In this document: in pieces, positions 42,970-59,779 of the stretch
How positions within the stretch are numbered: position 1 is the stretch's first letter
How the letters are laid out: every line of letters begins with the position of its first letter
NCBI RefSeq assembly: GCF_009914755.1
Contig: NC_060931.1
Direction: 5' to 3' (one strand)
Source: the human T2T-CHM13v2.0 reference genome, Homo sapiens
DNA: 64,000 nt
Program-made: the position numbers and the translations under genes
Notes under the pieces: generated by a model
The model's input: only the letters and a program-made list of their open reading frames with translations
Database searches by the model: none
What the model was told of the DNA's origin: nothing

Positions 42970-43215
42970 CAGCAGTATGGTGTAAGATACTCCAGATACA
43001 GTCTTCTTGGGTTCAGCTCCTAGCTGACTGCTTTCCAGCTGTATGACTTTGGATGTGTGATTTAACCACTCCATGTTTCAGTTTCCCCCATTTGTAAAAT
43101 GGGAGTAGTAATAATATCTGTCACAAAAGGTGGTTATCATGTTGACTGAGCATATATATGTAAAGCACTTAGAAAGATGCCTGATACTATTAAGTTCTCA
43201 AAAACTGTTACAACT
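42970..43215 (+). mobile_element. MIR
   Basis: CAGCTGTATGACTTTGG...TCAGTTTCCCCCATTTGTAAAATGGG...GTAAAGCACTTAGAA. Confidence 0.8.
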
Positions 43216-43323
43216 GTTAGCTATTACCATTCCAATTAGTACAGTGAGTTTGGCAGGCTTCTATAAAAAAGGTGGATCTGAAACACTGGAGTGGTCTTTA
43301 GCATTTAGAAATGTAAATCAGCC

Positions 43324-48133
<4,810 letters not shown>

Positions 48134-48666
48134 GGTCAGTTATATCATGTTTAACAGGATCAGCAGCAGCTTTGTAAGTGACTTTACAGAGACTAATAAG
48201 GGATTTGATCTTTCTTTTTTGTTATCGAGGCTTTTGAAATGTGGAACTTGTGTATTCTGCTTTGTTTATTTATTATCTTTTCAGACTCAGTCTATATTTT
48301 ATGCTGAGTTTTGAAAATGAAATACTTTATGTGAACCGGCAAAACTGGTACCAAAGGGAAACATTAACCATTTGGAAGAACATTTCTGTAAGGGGAACAG
48401 GTGACAATATACACGTGTGCTAACTGTAAAATGAGCATCTTAATCCTTAAAGCAAATCAGAATTGAATACGAATAATCTTTTCGTCAATGAAATAAACAC
48501 AGCTCTTTGAGGATTTGAGACTACATTTACCCTTTATTCATAGTCGCTTACAGTTTTGCTTTTCTCTGCATTTCTCTGCTGTAAGATGACTGTTGCATTG
48601 TTGAATTGTATTTTGAGTGGATATTTTTGTTTGGTAATAATTAAAATTTTAAATTGTAAAAAAAAA
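48134..48666 (+). other. Non-L1 polyadenylated segment inside the L1 TSDs (3' transduction or mRNA 3'UTR retrocopy)
   Basis: ATTAAA at 48640-45, poly(A) at 48658-66, then right TSD 48667-83 matching 43307-23 at 16/17. Confidence 0.85.
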
Positions 48667-49621
48667 AGAAATGTAAACCAGCCTGAGTTCAATTATTTAC
48701 AGCCTCTCACATCAGGTGAGATGGCGCACTCCTAAGTTGAAGACAGTGTTCCAGGGCAAGTCAATCAGATATCAAAAGCATGATTTCTGCAGACCTGAGA
48801 CCATGTCTTCTGCATATTCCAATTTCACTTTCAGAAACTGCCAAGTCACAAGCCACGTCTACTAAGGGAATGACACAACATTATGAAACCTCCACCATAG
48901 CATGAGCAAGTCAAACAGGTTTCTTACATAATAAAAGCTTTGCCATCTCACCCAGGGCTTGACTCCTTGTCAGCCCCTCCACCCCCAGAAAAAAACACTG
49001 AGATATTTGGACAGCTGGGTGTGACCCAAGCTTGGGGCATGGGGCAATGTTCAGGTCAAGGAAGTGGGAGGCCAACTTTACCATGGCTTAGAGGCCCTGG
49101 AATATGTCGGATACAAAGGAGAGGAAATGCTTAGAGACCCCTGGTTCCAACTCCATCAGAGTGTACTTGGGGAAGTTCTGGGTCTAGACCTATCTCGATC
49201 CTGTGGAACTGCAGAACTCACTAATCTCCTGGAATTTTCTGAACTGTCTTCAGCTCTCTATCAGGTCATAAGGGTTGGAGCTTCTCCCTAAGGACTTTCC
49301 CAATGCCCAGAACTAAGAGAAGCTGCATGTAGAGCTTTCACCCACAATAAACAACTTGCATAACAGGGCAGGTCTAAATTTCCTGAAGGAAGGAAGAACC
49401 AAGGGCCAAGAAAGATACAGATAAGTTTTCCAGCTGGAAAAGAAATATCCTTCTATGCCAGACTAAGGCAAAAACAAACTAAAAATTTACCCAAACCTTT
49501 CCACACAAACATTTCACTCATTTTTCATTCTGAACTGCTAGGATAATCATAGGGCACTCATATTACATGTGAGGTCTGGGTGAAAAGAGCTAATCAGTTC
49601 TATAAAATATATGATCTCTCT

Positions 49622-49864
49622 CCAGGTACAGTGGCTCATGCCTGTAATCCCAACAATTTGGGAGGCCAAGGCAGGTGGATCACTTGAGCCCAGGAGTTCA
49701 AAACCAGCCTGGGCAACATAGTGAAACCCTACCTCTGAAAAAAAAAAAAAAATTAGCTGTGGTGGCATGCACCTGTAGTTCTAGCTACTTGGGAGAAGTG
49801 GGAAGATCACCTGAGCCTTGGGAGGTTGAGGCTGCAATAAGCCATGATTGCACCAGCCTGGGTG
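49622..49864 (+). mobile_element. AluJ lacking its 3' tail
   Basis: CACTTGAGCCCAGGAGTTC and GAGGCTGCAATAAGCCATGATTG; flanking repeat ATGATCTCTCT. Confidence 0.85.
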
Positions 49865-50129
49865 AAATATATACATGATCTCTCTACTTTCCTGAGTCTT
49901 CTTATTCAAATGAAACTGGCTCTTAGTCCGGACGGATCACTTCTGATATATGATCTAAAATGATGAGTGTTTTTATGTTGGGAAAATTAATCAGGATGTT
50001 ATTTTTGACATCGCATTGAAAGAGACAGAATTTAAGACATATCAAGAAGGCAAATAACTCCATTTTACAAGAGTTTGCTTTTGCAGTTTTAGTGGAAGGA
50101 GCGTTACTGAACAGGTGGATTTCTATCTC

Positions 50130-50340
50130 AATAATGAGAACTCATATCCAATATTATCCTTGGCATTTTGAACACATTATCTCTAACTTTCACAACAAAT
50201 CTGCAAGTTAGTCATTATTGTCCATTGCAGGGATGAAGAAACCTGGGTTCAGAAAGGTAACTTTGGCTAGGAAGGGAGAGGTGGACTGGGGACAGGCCTG
50301 CTACCTCAAAGCACCAACTCTTTAACTCTTTTCATTACAC
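50130..50340 (-). mobile_element. MIR
   Basis: ATTATCTCTAACTTTCACAACAA...GGATGAAGAAACCTGGGTTCAGAAAGGTAA. Confidence 0.55.
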
Positions 50341-51304
50341 CATGATGTTTTTCCCTAAAGGAAAGAAATAAGTCTAGACTGAAAGCATCTTCTGGTTTAG
50401 GTAATTCAGATTAGACCCAATCCTTCCTTAGAAACTTAACCCAACCCCTTGCCAAATGGTAGGTAGTTTGGAGATGAAATCACACTACCTTTAAGGGTCA
50501 AAGTGTCATGTTTTATACATTTTTGGTTTTTTTTTCCCCTCTTGCTTCAGTGCAATAAATCACAGCAGTTCAGGCGTAAAATTACCTGCAATTTGTGAGC
50601 AGGTCTTAGACGCATGCTGTTGAGAGCAGTGCCCAGCCCACCCAGGCTTTGCACTGAAGGATCTAGTCCAGAGAAGCTCCACAGAGAGTCTACTGCCCTC
50701 TTCAGGGATAGTTCCTGTATTTACACAGTCTTTCCTTTTGTGCAAAAAGAGCCAACTCATGGGCTAACCAGCAGCCATTCTCTTCCTGCTCAGTCTATCA
50801 ACGGGTAAACTCCTGGAGGGCAGGATCTAGATTTGATTTATCTTTGCTTCTCCCATGCAACACTTGCCTGAGCTCTGCTGGCTTCTGGGGCTCTTTTGCT
50901 CCAACAAGTGATGCTACACACCAGGAGGTGAAGTTCACCAAGTAATTCATACATCCCTGTTCTCAAGAAACTGATACTCTAAAGAGGTAATATAAAACCA
51001 TCAGGAAAAAAAAACAGCTAATGTTTGAATCTGGGGATATAAGTGTTAACTTGTATGTGTGCCAGAGTCCTCAGGACGCCTCATGCAAGAGGAGAAACTT
51101 GGAGAATGGATAGGATTGGGGTAGGTGGGAGGCATGGTGGATGAGGGGAGCAAACACAGGAAGTAGAGGGCAGAGGAAATTATGGTAGGTGGAGGAAATA
51201 GCATCTCTCTCAGCATTACTGGTGCTTTCTTTCTACTAGCCCTCTTTAGTCATAACCATTCATGTTGGGCCTCTCCACAAGTTTCCATTGTATTTCCCTG
51301 TCTT

Positions 51305-51995
51305 TGTACAGGAGCCCTGATGATGTGGAGGGGAAGCAGTCTGTAGTCCCGTGACTAGGTCTCAGTCTGCTAGTGACACTGTGAGTCAGGGCTGTGGCCT
51401 TCCCAGGTGCTTCTGTTTTTCCCCGTTAGGTTAGACAGGATAGCTACAGGGTGCTGGAGTTGCGTATTTCCATTCCCCTAGGTCAGTTAGGCTCTACCAG
51501 AACCCCAGCTGGTTAGGTTCTGGAAAGTAGCTTCCCTTGAGGGAGACCCCATTAGAAGAACAGAATGCTCTGGCATATTTCAAAATGGTGACTTTCTCCT
51601 GATGTACAGGGAGTTTTGCTCAGATCTTCACTGATAATCTGGTGGCATTCCTGGAGGTAGCACTCGCAGAGTTGTGGGGCACCCCCTTAAGATTGGCTCC
51701 TACTGGAGTTTTCACCTCCCAAACTTGTCCACACTGAGCCTTCAGCAATACATCAATATGGTTTAGTATTGGTACCTGGCTCCCACAGAGGTTTCTTCTC
51801 TGGTAAACTGTGACTTTCTGTATTCACCTGTCTGCCTCTCCCTAATTTTGGGAGCATTGGTTTGCCCTGTGACCTCAGTTCTCTGTTGGATCTAAGAAAA
51901 CTTGTTGAGTTTCAGTCTGTTCAGCCTTTTTGTTGTTCTGAGTACCAGAGTGATGACTCCCAGACTCCTTTTATGCTGCACTTGAAAGCAGCACT
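51305..51995 (-). mobile_element. L1MC/L1MD-type 5'UTR fragment
   Basis: GTTTGCCCTGTGACCTCAGTTCTCTGTTGGATCTAAGAA...TGTTCAGCCTTTTT is the reverse complement of an L1MD/MC 5' end. Confidence 0.65.
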
Positions 51996-53705
51996 TTCCT
52001 GCAGTGTGTTCTGCAAAACATGAGTTTATCTATAGAGTTCTACACAAGGTTAGAGTTCAACAGCAGCAGGGGCCCATGTTCAAGGAGCTTTGAGAAATAG
52101 AGGTGTCTTTACAGCAGCTCTTTTCAGTGCCTTTATTATATCAATATGTATTTAATTACACTTTATGGGACAATCGATTGCATTGTTTCCTAAATGGATT
52201 TGACCATGAAGTTCTTTTGGGGAAGAGTGTTTCAGAAAACCATCTTCCTCAGAATTGGGGAAATGCTGCCTTACAGTTTTTCTAAATACCTTCTCCTTGC
52301 CTGAGGTTGCTGCTTCTTTGTGGGCCAGTTGACATAATCAGTCCTATCTATGTTCATTCATCCACAGATACTTACTAACTCTCCATTACGTGCCTGGCAG
52401 TGTGATAGGTCTGATGGGGGATACTAAGTGTTTAAGACATGGTAGCTTTTAGATTTACAGTCTGGTATGGAAAGTAAGACAGACATGCACAGAAATAACT
52501 AGTTCTGGAGACTTCAAAGAAAGAAAGGCTCCCTTAATATTTCTACTATTTACAAAAGGTGAATCAAATTAGAGAACCAAAACAGAAAATAATTTTTTTA
52601 AATGAAAGCTGTTTACTTTCCACATTTCACTGAGGTGCCAAGTTGGCTTCAAGAGTGAAAAAGTCTTGTAGATCAGGTTTCTTGGCAGAACATCAGTCTG
52701 TACAACACTGCCCACGACCTGCCATCTTGTTCACCGACCCGTGCTCATCGCAACATCTCCTCACGGAGTTTCCAGGGGTCTCGGTGGACAGCATCAGCAG
52801 GCAGGAAATAAAGGGCTGGGTGGACTCACCCAACCAAAATCTTGTTTTCGGCAAGTGTTAGGGCTTTGTGGAGAAGTGATGCGGGATCTGTGGCACCATC
52901 CACCTGTCAGCCTCTTGTCTGCCTTTTGGACAGAGCCTTTCCTTTCCTGGCTAAAGGACTCATCCTTTCAGAACATGCCTCCAGCTTCTAATGATGAACA
53001 ATACAAGAAAACAAAAGACAGCTGCCTTGGCTCCAGGCACAAGCATCCAGAAGGAACCAAAAACTGGCAATGAGTCACCAGCTCGTGAATTACCAAGAAA
53101 AGTGGTTTTTGTATGCAGGCAGGCAGTTTAGTGCAACCTGAGAGAGCTCAGAAGATGCTGCCCCAGCTCTTCCCCTGCTTGGCCCTCACTCAGTTGCAAC
53201 TGGGCCTGAAATCCACCCTCAGGCAGGCATTTTTTATTTTCTCAAGCAGTTTTTCTCTGAAAGTCATCTTTTTTAAAAGCAAATACTTAAGGGGGGGAGG
53301 ATGTAATTTTAATGCTATAGTCTTCTCATGGCTGTTATCAAGTGGCAACATTTTGGGATAAAAGGAACAAAAGACAAATCATTTTATCTTATTCCTCAGT
53401 TTCTTTGTTTGTAAAATAAGGGATGAAATAAGAAAGTTCTAAGTTATGTTCCCACTTTATGACTCATTATCACTCCCAGAATTGAAACAGCATGAAGGCA
53501 CTGGAAACTCAGGGGAAAGGGAGGAGAAGGCCTCACGGCCTGAAATAAGTTATTAGTATTTATTTTCTGTAATAGAAGAGAATAGGGAATGCCCGATTAT
53601 GTTATATGCCATAAGAGTAAGTATTGTGTTTTGTGAAGCTTTTGTTGTACATATAGATTTAGGTATAGATACAGATAAATATGTAGATATATGATATATG
53701 CATAT

Positions 53706-54047
53706 TGTATTTGTTGGAGTTCTCCATGGAAATAGAACCTATGTGTATATTTAGGTTGGCAGACTGAAGACTCAGGGAAGACTTGGTGTTGCAGCTTCTG
53801 TTTGATGACAGTCTGGAGGCAGAATTCTCTCTTACTTGGGGGATCTCAGTCTGTTTTTTCTTAAAGCCTTCAACTAATTGGATAAGGCCCACTCACATTA
53901 TGGAGGGTAATCTGCTTTACTCAAAGTCCACTGATTTAAGTGCTAATCTCATCTAAAAAATGCCTTTACAGCAACATCCAGACTGATGTTTGACCAAATA
54001 TCGGTACTGTAGCCTAGCCAAGTTGACACATGAAATAAACCATCTTA
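53706..54047 (-). mobile_element. MLT2 solo LTR (internally deleted)
   Basis: TGTATTTGTTGGAGTTCTCC...CCAAGTTGACACATGAAATAAACCATC; TSD CATAT (53701-05 and 54048-52). Confidence 0.8.
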
Positions 54048-54148
54048 CATATAAGAGTACCCAGCACACACACACGCACATGTGAGAGTACCCAGCATAC
54101 ACACGCACATATGTTCAAAGGGAGTGATAAGATAGAAGATGACTGACG

Positions 54149-54290
54149 CTCAGCCAGTCAGATGCACCTTTCTGGGAACAGCACTAGGGAGCAGGCACGG
54201 CAGATGATCACTGTCACGGGTGGAGGCGGCTGCAGAAGCACTCCTGGTTTCCAGGGTAGCAATAGCAGTGATCCGGGCAGCAGCCACGCA
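54149..54290 (+). repeat. 142-bp local duplicate of 55172-55313
   Basis: Ungapped alignment, 131/142 identical. Confidence 0.97.
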
Positions 54291-54589
54291 TATGTGCGTG
54301 TGTGTGTGCTGGGTAGTGGAATAAAATATATTCTTATAGCATATCGTGGCCAAGAAGATTGAAAACTTCTGAAAATCCACAAAACCATTCTGAATTCTAC
54401 TTCTAAGCCAGCACTGCCACCATCATAAAAAAGGGGACCATGCCTCCAGGTGTAAAGTGTCCTTTGTTACACCTGCTCTCACACCAACTAGGGAGACCTT
54501 GATACTGCTAGGCTGCCATTCCAACACTGTCTCAGAACTCCCTGCTGCTCCTTTTGCTCTAGGCACAGCGGCTCCTGTTTCTTCCTTCA

Positions 54590-54995
54590 GAGGTGCTCAT
54601 GTATGCCCACCTCAAGACATTTGCTTCTGTTCTCCCTCTTCCTGGAAGGTTCTTCCCCAGGCCTTTTCGTTGTCTGACTCCATCCCATCTTTCAGATCTC
54701 TGACCAATTCCCCCTACCTCCTCAGAGAGGCCTTCCTTGACCATCCCATTAAAGTAATCCCTGCCCACTTCCCCATGCTCCACACATATCCATACATTCC
54801 CCAGTGACCCTGTATCCTAGTACACAACTTTATTTTCTTCATTGCATTTATCACTATCTGAAATACCTTATTTATTGTCTTCCCTCCCCCACCCCACAAA
54901 AAGATAAGCCCCATGTCTTTCCTATTTATTTTTGTATTCTTAGTGCCTAGAATAGTGCCTGGCATATGGCAGGGTCTCCACAAATGGTTAGGGAA
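54590..54995 (+). mobile_element. L2a 3' region
   Basis: CCTCCTCAGAGAGGCCTTCCTTGACC and GTGCCTAGAATAGTGCCTGGCATAT. Confidence 0.8.
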
Positions 54996-55029
54996 TAAAC
55001 TATCCATAATGGTTATAAAGTGGACATTT

Positions 55030-55530
55030 GTCCATGATTTGGCTGTCCATCATCTGAACTTCCTGTCTATTTTAGGGAACACCATTTTATGAGCCTTGGT
55101 GGGGGAAAGAAGCTGACAATGGTACTCACTCTCTTAGCTTCCCTTTGCGGTATGTGTGGACATGTGACCCACTCAGCCAGTCAGATGCACCTTTCTGGGA
55201 ACAGCACTAGGGAGCAGGCACAGCACATGATCACTGTCATGGGTGGAGGCAGCTGCAATAGCACTTCCGGTTTCCAGGGTAGCAATAGCAGTGATCCAGG
55301 CAGCAACCATGCAAGCCATGGCATCCGGTGAACAGAGGCAGTGGCACAGTGTCCTCCCTGGACTGATTCTGTGGTATGGCTTTGGCTTTGTTCTGGTTGT
55401 ACCAGATTTCCCACACTCCTGCCCTCTTCTGAGTCCAGTCCCCAGCCTCTCAGTGACTCTGCGAGCTTTCAGATAGCCTTTTTATAAAGTCCTGTTGCTT
55501 AACTCATAGCAGTTTCTGGTGCTGGAAATT
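55030..55530 (+). mobile_element. Ancient ERVL-MaLR-like LTR (donor of the 142-bp duplicate)
   Basis: GGACATGTGACCCACTCAGCCAGTCAGATGCAC and a MaLR-like 3' end. Confidence 0.5.
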
Positions 55531-55966
55531 CTCTTGTCTTTTCCCTTCTCTTGCCTTTCTCATCTTTTATCTTATCACTCCCTTTGAACTTTCCAAGTCC
55601 TTGAAGTCATCTTTATGTCCTTCTCCCTAGATGTGATACTCATCAGTGGCTCCCATGAGTCTTGGCAGTCAGGCTTGGTTTAAAAGGAACGAGGGTCTCT
55701 CTGGTATAGTTTTGCTCTACCAGTAAGGGTAAGACGGACTGAAGAACAGTGGGTGGATCTGAGTCAGTCATTGGATCTTCTGTGATTCATCAATGAGTTG
55801 AATTTTAAGCCTTTGAGTTGGTCAGCACTTACTGATGAATATTTGTGACATCCCATACAGGGTATTTGTGGCTTCTTATAAGAGCATCACACATGGTTTA
55901 TCCTCAAGAAGCCTGTCTAATAGAAAGGAAGAGAGAATTGTTACACAATTAAAATAAGTAAAAGGA

Positions 55967-56932
55967 TATGGTAGATTGTGCTTCCCAAAGATGGCCACAA
56001 TAATACCTTCTATATGCCTTTCTGAAATGTCACTAATAGAGTTTGGATGTTTGTCTTCTACAAATCTCATGTTAAATTTGACCCTCAGTGTTGGATGGGG
56101 GGCCTGATGGGAGATGTTTGGGTCATGGGTTGGGGGTGGATCTTTCATGAATAGCTTGGTGCCCTCCCAAAAGTAATGAGTGAGTTCTTGCCCTATTAGT
56201 TCACATGAGAGCTGGTTGTAGAAAAGTATGGCACTTCACACCTCTCTCCTGCTCCCTCTCTTGCCACGTGACATGCCTGCTTCCCCTTCACATTCCACCA
56301 TGAGAAATAACATCCTAAAGTCCTAGCCAGAAGCAGGTGCTGGAGTCATGCTTGTACAGCCTGCAGAACTGTGAGCCAAATAAGCCTCTTTTCTTTATAC
56401 ATTACCCAGCCTCAAGTATGCCTTTATAGCAAGATAGAGTAATATAGTTACCTTGCCAAATCCCATCAAGGCTGAGACTCTTTCTCTGCACTTTCTTGAA
56501 CCTGGGAAAGCCCTGTGACTACTTAGACCAATAGAATGTAAATAATGCTGCAGCAGCTCCAGGCACAGCCCTTAATTGGTTTGATAACGTCTGCTTCCTG
56601 CATCTTGGAAGCCAGTCACCGTGTAAGAAATAGGGCACATTGAGAACAATGTGCTGTGAGAAGCCCAATCCCCATGTGGAGAGGCCCTGGAGGAGGAGGT
56701 ACTGTGTAGAGAGAGAGGTCAAGGTGCCAGACTCATGAGTAAGGAAGCCATATATAAGGTGGTCTCCCAGCCCTGCCTTCCCTAGCTGATGCCATGTGGA
56801 CCACAGACCAAGCACCTAGCTGAACCCTTCCTAAATTCCTGACCCACACAATTGTGAGCAAAATAAAATGGTTGTTTTAAGCCACTGCATTGTGGGATGG
56901 TTATTGTTATGAGGCATTGGATTAACTGGATC
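55967..56932 (+). mobile_element. MLT1H LTR split by MSTB
   Basis: GGTAGATTGTGCTTCCCAAAGATGGCC start; ATAAAATGGTTGTTTTAAGCCACT end. Confidence 0.75.
56032..56446 (+). mobile_element. MSTB-like MaLR solo LTR
   Basis: GTTTGGATGTTTGTC, CTATTAGTTCACATGAGAGCTGGTTG and CAGCCTGCAGAACTGTGAGCCAAATAA. Confidence 0.85.
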
Positions 56933-57749
56933 AAAGGACAAGGACTCATCTATACAGAATGCTTCTAGGCACCTGGCTGAGATCATGTAGCGTGCTTTAT
57001 GTAAGTGTGGAAACAGTTTTGGGTGATAAGAACATCAGAGTAGATACTCCAGTCACCTGAGTGTACTCAGTACCCTTTGGAGAAGCAGCTGTCAAATAAA
57101 AGGAAACTTGTAGTTATTCAAAATTGAAAATAATCTCACAGTCAGATGTTAGTGATTTCTAGCATCAGTAGGGGAGGTCTGGCATGGAGAAACAAGATCC
57201 AGGATCATTAACAAAACAAAAGCCCTTCCTCATCTTGACAGGCACAGCTATACCTAATGGAATCAATTCTCAGAATCCTTCTACTTCTTGGCTCTGTGGT
57301 AACCAAGGAGATTTTGCCCTAAATTTTTATTCCAATCCAAAATTGCATTTATTGCAAACTTGGGAAAGTCAGACTACAATCAAACATCGCTTATAATAAG
57401 CCCATGCATTATGATGCATGTGATACAAGAAGGTTAAAATACTACAGCATTATATGTTAGATCCTTAGGAAAGCACAATTCACAATTCAAATAATCTTAC
57501 GTCCTTTATGTCCTACTTCCATTTCTCTCAGAGACACATTCTGTAGCCTGTACTTAAAACAAAAGATTATTTTATTTTGTCTCATCTCTGGCCTCCTTTG
57601 TGTTGGCTTTGGTAGCAGCTTCCAGGTGAAATATGACTGCCTCTGAGTTAACCTGGAAGTGGATGATCTGCAAAGGGGTCTGTGTTGCACTGCTCTGTGG
57701 CATGTACAGGCACTATTGGACCTGAGTTTTCTTTTGGAGATAGCGAATG

Positions 57750-58350
57750 GTAGGTTCTGTCTGTTTTCTACTCAGGAGTCATTCTCCAATTTACTTCTCT
57801 GTTAACAGACGCTGATTTTTAAAATACATCTGGTAGTTATCTCCTTTATGGGGAGGCCAGGTCATTCCTTAGCCCAAGGAAGTGAATTGATTAAGTCAGT
57901 GATCTAAGTTCCATCCCTTTTGTCAGTGTTTGGTTGAGGAATGGACATGGGACACAATTCCAGCCCATGAAACATGATGCACAGTCAGCTGTGGGACTTT
58001 AGGTAAAGTTCTCCTATCTTTTAAGTAGGTGCCTAAGTAAAGGATAGTGTTGGCTCCCATCTTCTGTCATGTGGTTACTATGTGAGAGTATGAGGTCTGG
58101 AGCCACTATCTTGGTCACCATGAGGGAAGCCAGCCCAAGAGGATAGGTCAGTGTGCTGACTAGAGTGGAGAGACAGAAAGAGGGGAAAAAAAAACCTGTG
58201 TTCTTAATTGTGTTATAGAGCTGCTGAATTGACCTATTTGAAACTGTCCTAACTTAGGACTTCTTGTTACGTGAAGGAATACATTTTTCTCCTTGTTTAA
58301 GCCACACTTGGTTGGGTTTTCAATTTTTTAGCTGATAGCATCCTGAGTCA
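57750..58350 (+). mobile_element. MLT1J-like LTR
   Basis: GGACATGGGACACAATTCCAGCC, GGACTTCTTGTTACGTGA and CCTTGTTTAAGCCAC. Confidence 0.65.
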
Positions 58351-58562
58351 GTAATTATAAATAAGAAATCAATGATAATGTGTATAGTAGAAGGAAAAAC
58401 TACCTTCAGCATTGGGGAGACAAGGTATCTCATGTTTTTGGATAGGTGAGGCTACAGGAACACATATCGGGTTATGAATTACCTTTGGGGAGGTCCACAT
58501 TGATTGGAAAGCAAACGAAGACCCCTGGGAACACCTGAACTGATCTCAGTTTTGAAAAGCTT

Positions 58563-58878
58563 GGTCGGGCGCTGTGGCTCACGCCTGTAATCCCAGCACT
58601 TTGGGAGACTGAGGCTGGCGGATCACAAGGTCAGGAGATCGAGGCCATCCTGGCTAATATGATGAATCCCCATCTCTACTAAAAATACAAAAAATTAGCC
58701 GGGTGTGGTGGCAGGCGCCTGTAGTCCCAGCTGCTCAGGAGGCTGAGGCAGGAGGATGGCATGAACCTGGGAGGGAGGTGGAGCTGGTGGTGAGCAGAGA
58801 TCGTGCCACTGCACTCCAGCCTGGGTGACAGAGCAAGACTCCATCTCAAAAAAAAAAAAAAAAAAAAAAAAACAAAAC
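58563..58878 (+). mobile_element. AluY
   Basis: GGAGATCGAG, CCATCCTGGCTAA, GATGGCATGAACC and a long A tail; no clear TSD. Confidence 0.9.
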
Positions 58879-59779
58879 TCAAAATAAGGGGGTCAAGAGC
58901 AAAAAGACACTGTTATACAGCATTTCTCCAAGGCTTCATTAGTCCTCCACAAGGAAAATGCAGAGAGTCTGAAAGATCTGAAACCCTACGTGAGGTTGTC
59001 ATAGCACCTATGAAGAAGACACATGTGTGAGCCTAGACAAGGGTGCAATAAATGAGGAAAGTAGGGTTGTAATTTCTGTAGTGCATAGTCATGACACAAA
59101 GTGAATGTACCTTTACGGCAGTTCACCTATGAGACAGTAAAGGAAACTCTTTGCAAAACAGCTCTGGATGGCAGAGAGAGCTGTGTGTCCAACTGGCTGC
59201 CCCAGAGACTTGTCACATGCCACAGGCCTCCTGGGCACACACCAAAAGTCTGGCTTGTGACTGAAACATGCACTGCCATCAGCTCCTTTGACAATTCCCA
59301 GAGTGATGAAAATCCTCTTGACACTTGGAACTGCACACATTCTAATTCATTTGTTACAGGCTATATGTGTTGCTTGTGTGCTCTGAACCAAATCCTGATG
59401 TATTTCTTGGAATGAAGGAAACAAATTTTCTAATCTGATAAATAATAGCAACTTCTCAATAAGCAGCAAAAAAAAAAAAAAAAAAAAAAAGACTGAAATG
59501 GAAAGTTTTCCACTTCTAGCCCCTCAGAAGGCAATTTGGGTCTGTTAGTGGCCTTCAGTTGATTTCTCTTAGAAGCTCCTGAAAAAGAACAAGGTAACCC
59601 TTGACATCCAGGAGCTGGCCTGACCCTCCCCGCTGGGCCTGGTGTTCTTTCATGGAATGTAAACAATCTTATATAACATAACATCAACATCAGACAAGGA
59701 CACTCTGTGACTGCAAAATGGATCAAGAGAGAAACAACCACATCATAATCACATCTGAACACAGATAAAATGTAGTTAA

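Larger units (their letters stand above)
53560..54371. mobile_element. Old hAT MITE, split by MLT2 and a templated insertion
   Basis: GTAAGTATTGTGTTTTGTGAAGCTTTTGTT on the left and GTGCTGGGTAG...AAAATATATTCTTA...GAAAACTTCTG terminus on the right; family not assigned. Confidence 0.45.

Noticed and set aside
52000-52270. Possible hAT MITE remnant
   Set aside because: Too degenerate to assign a family or boundaries.
58563-58890. AluY without an evident TSD as a deletion marker
   Set aside because: A short A-rich TSD could be hidden in the tail; cannot be supported without an outgroup.
59468-59490. Orphan poly(A) as a possible retrocopy end
   Set aside because: No TSD, canonical poly(A) signal or recognisable body; probably a mononucleotide expansion.
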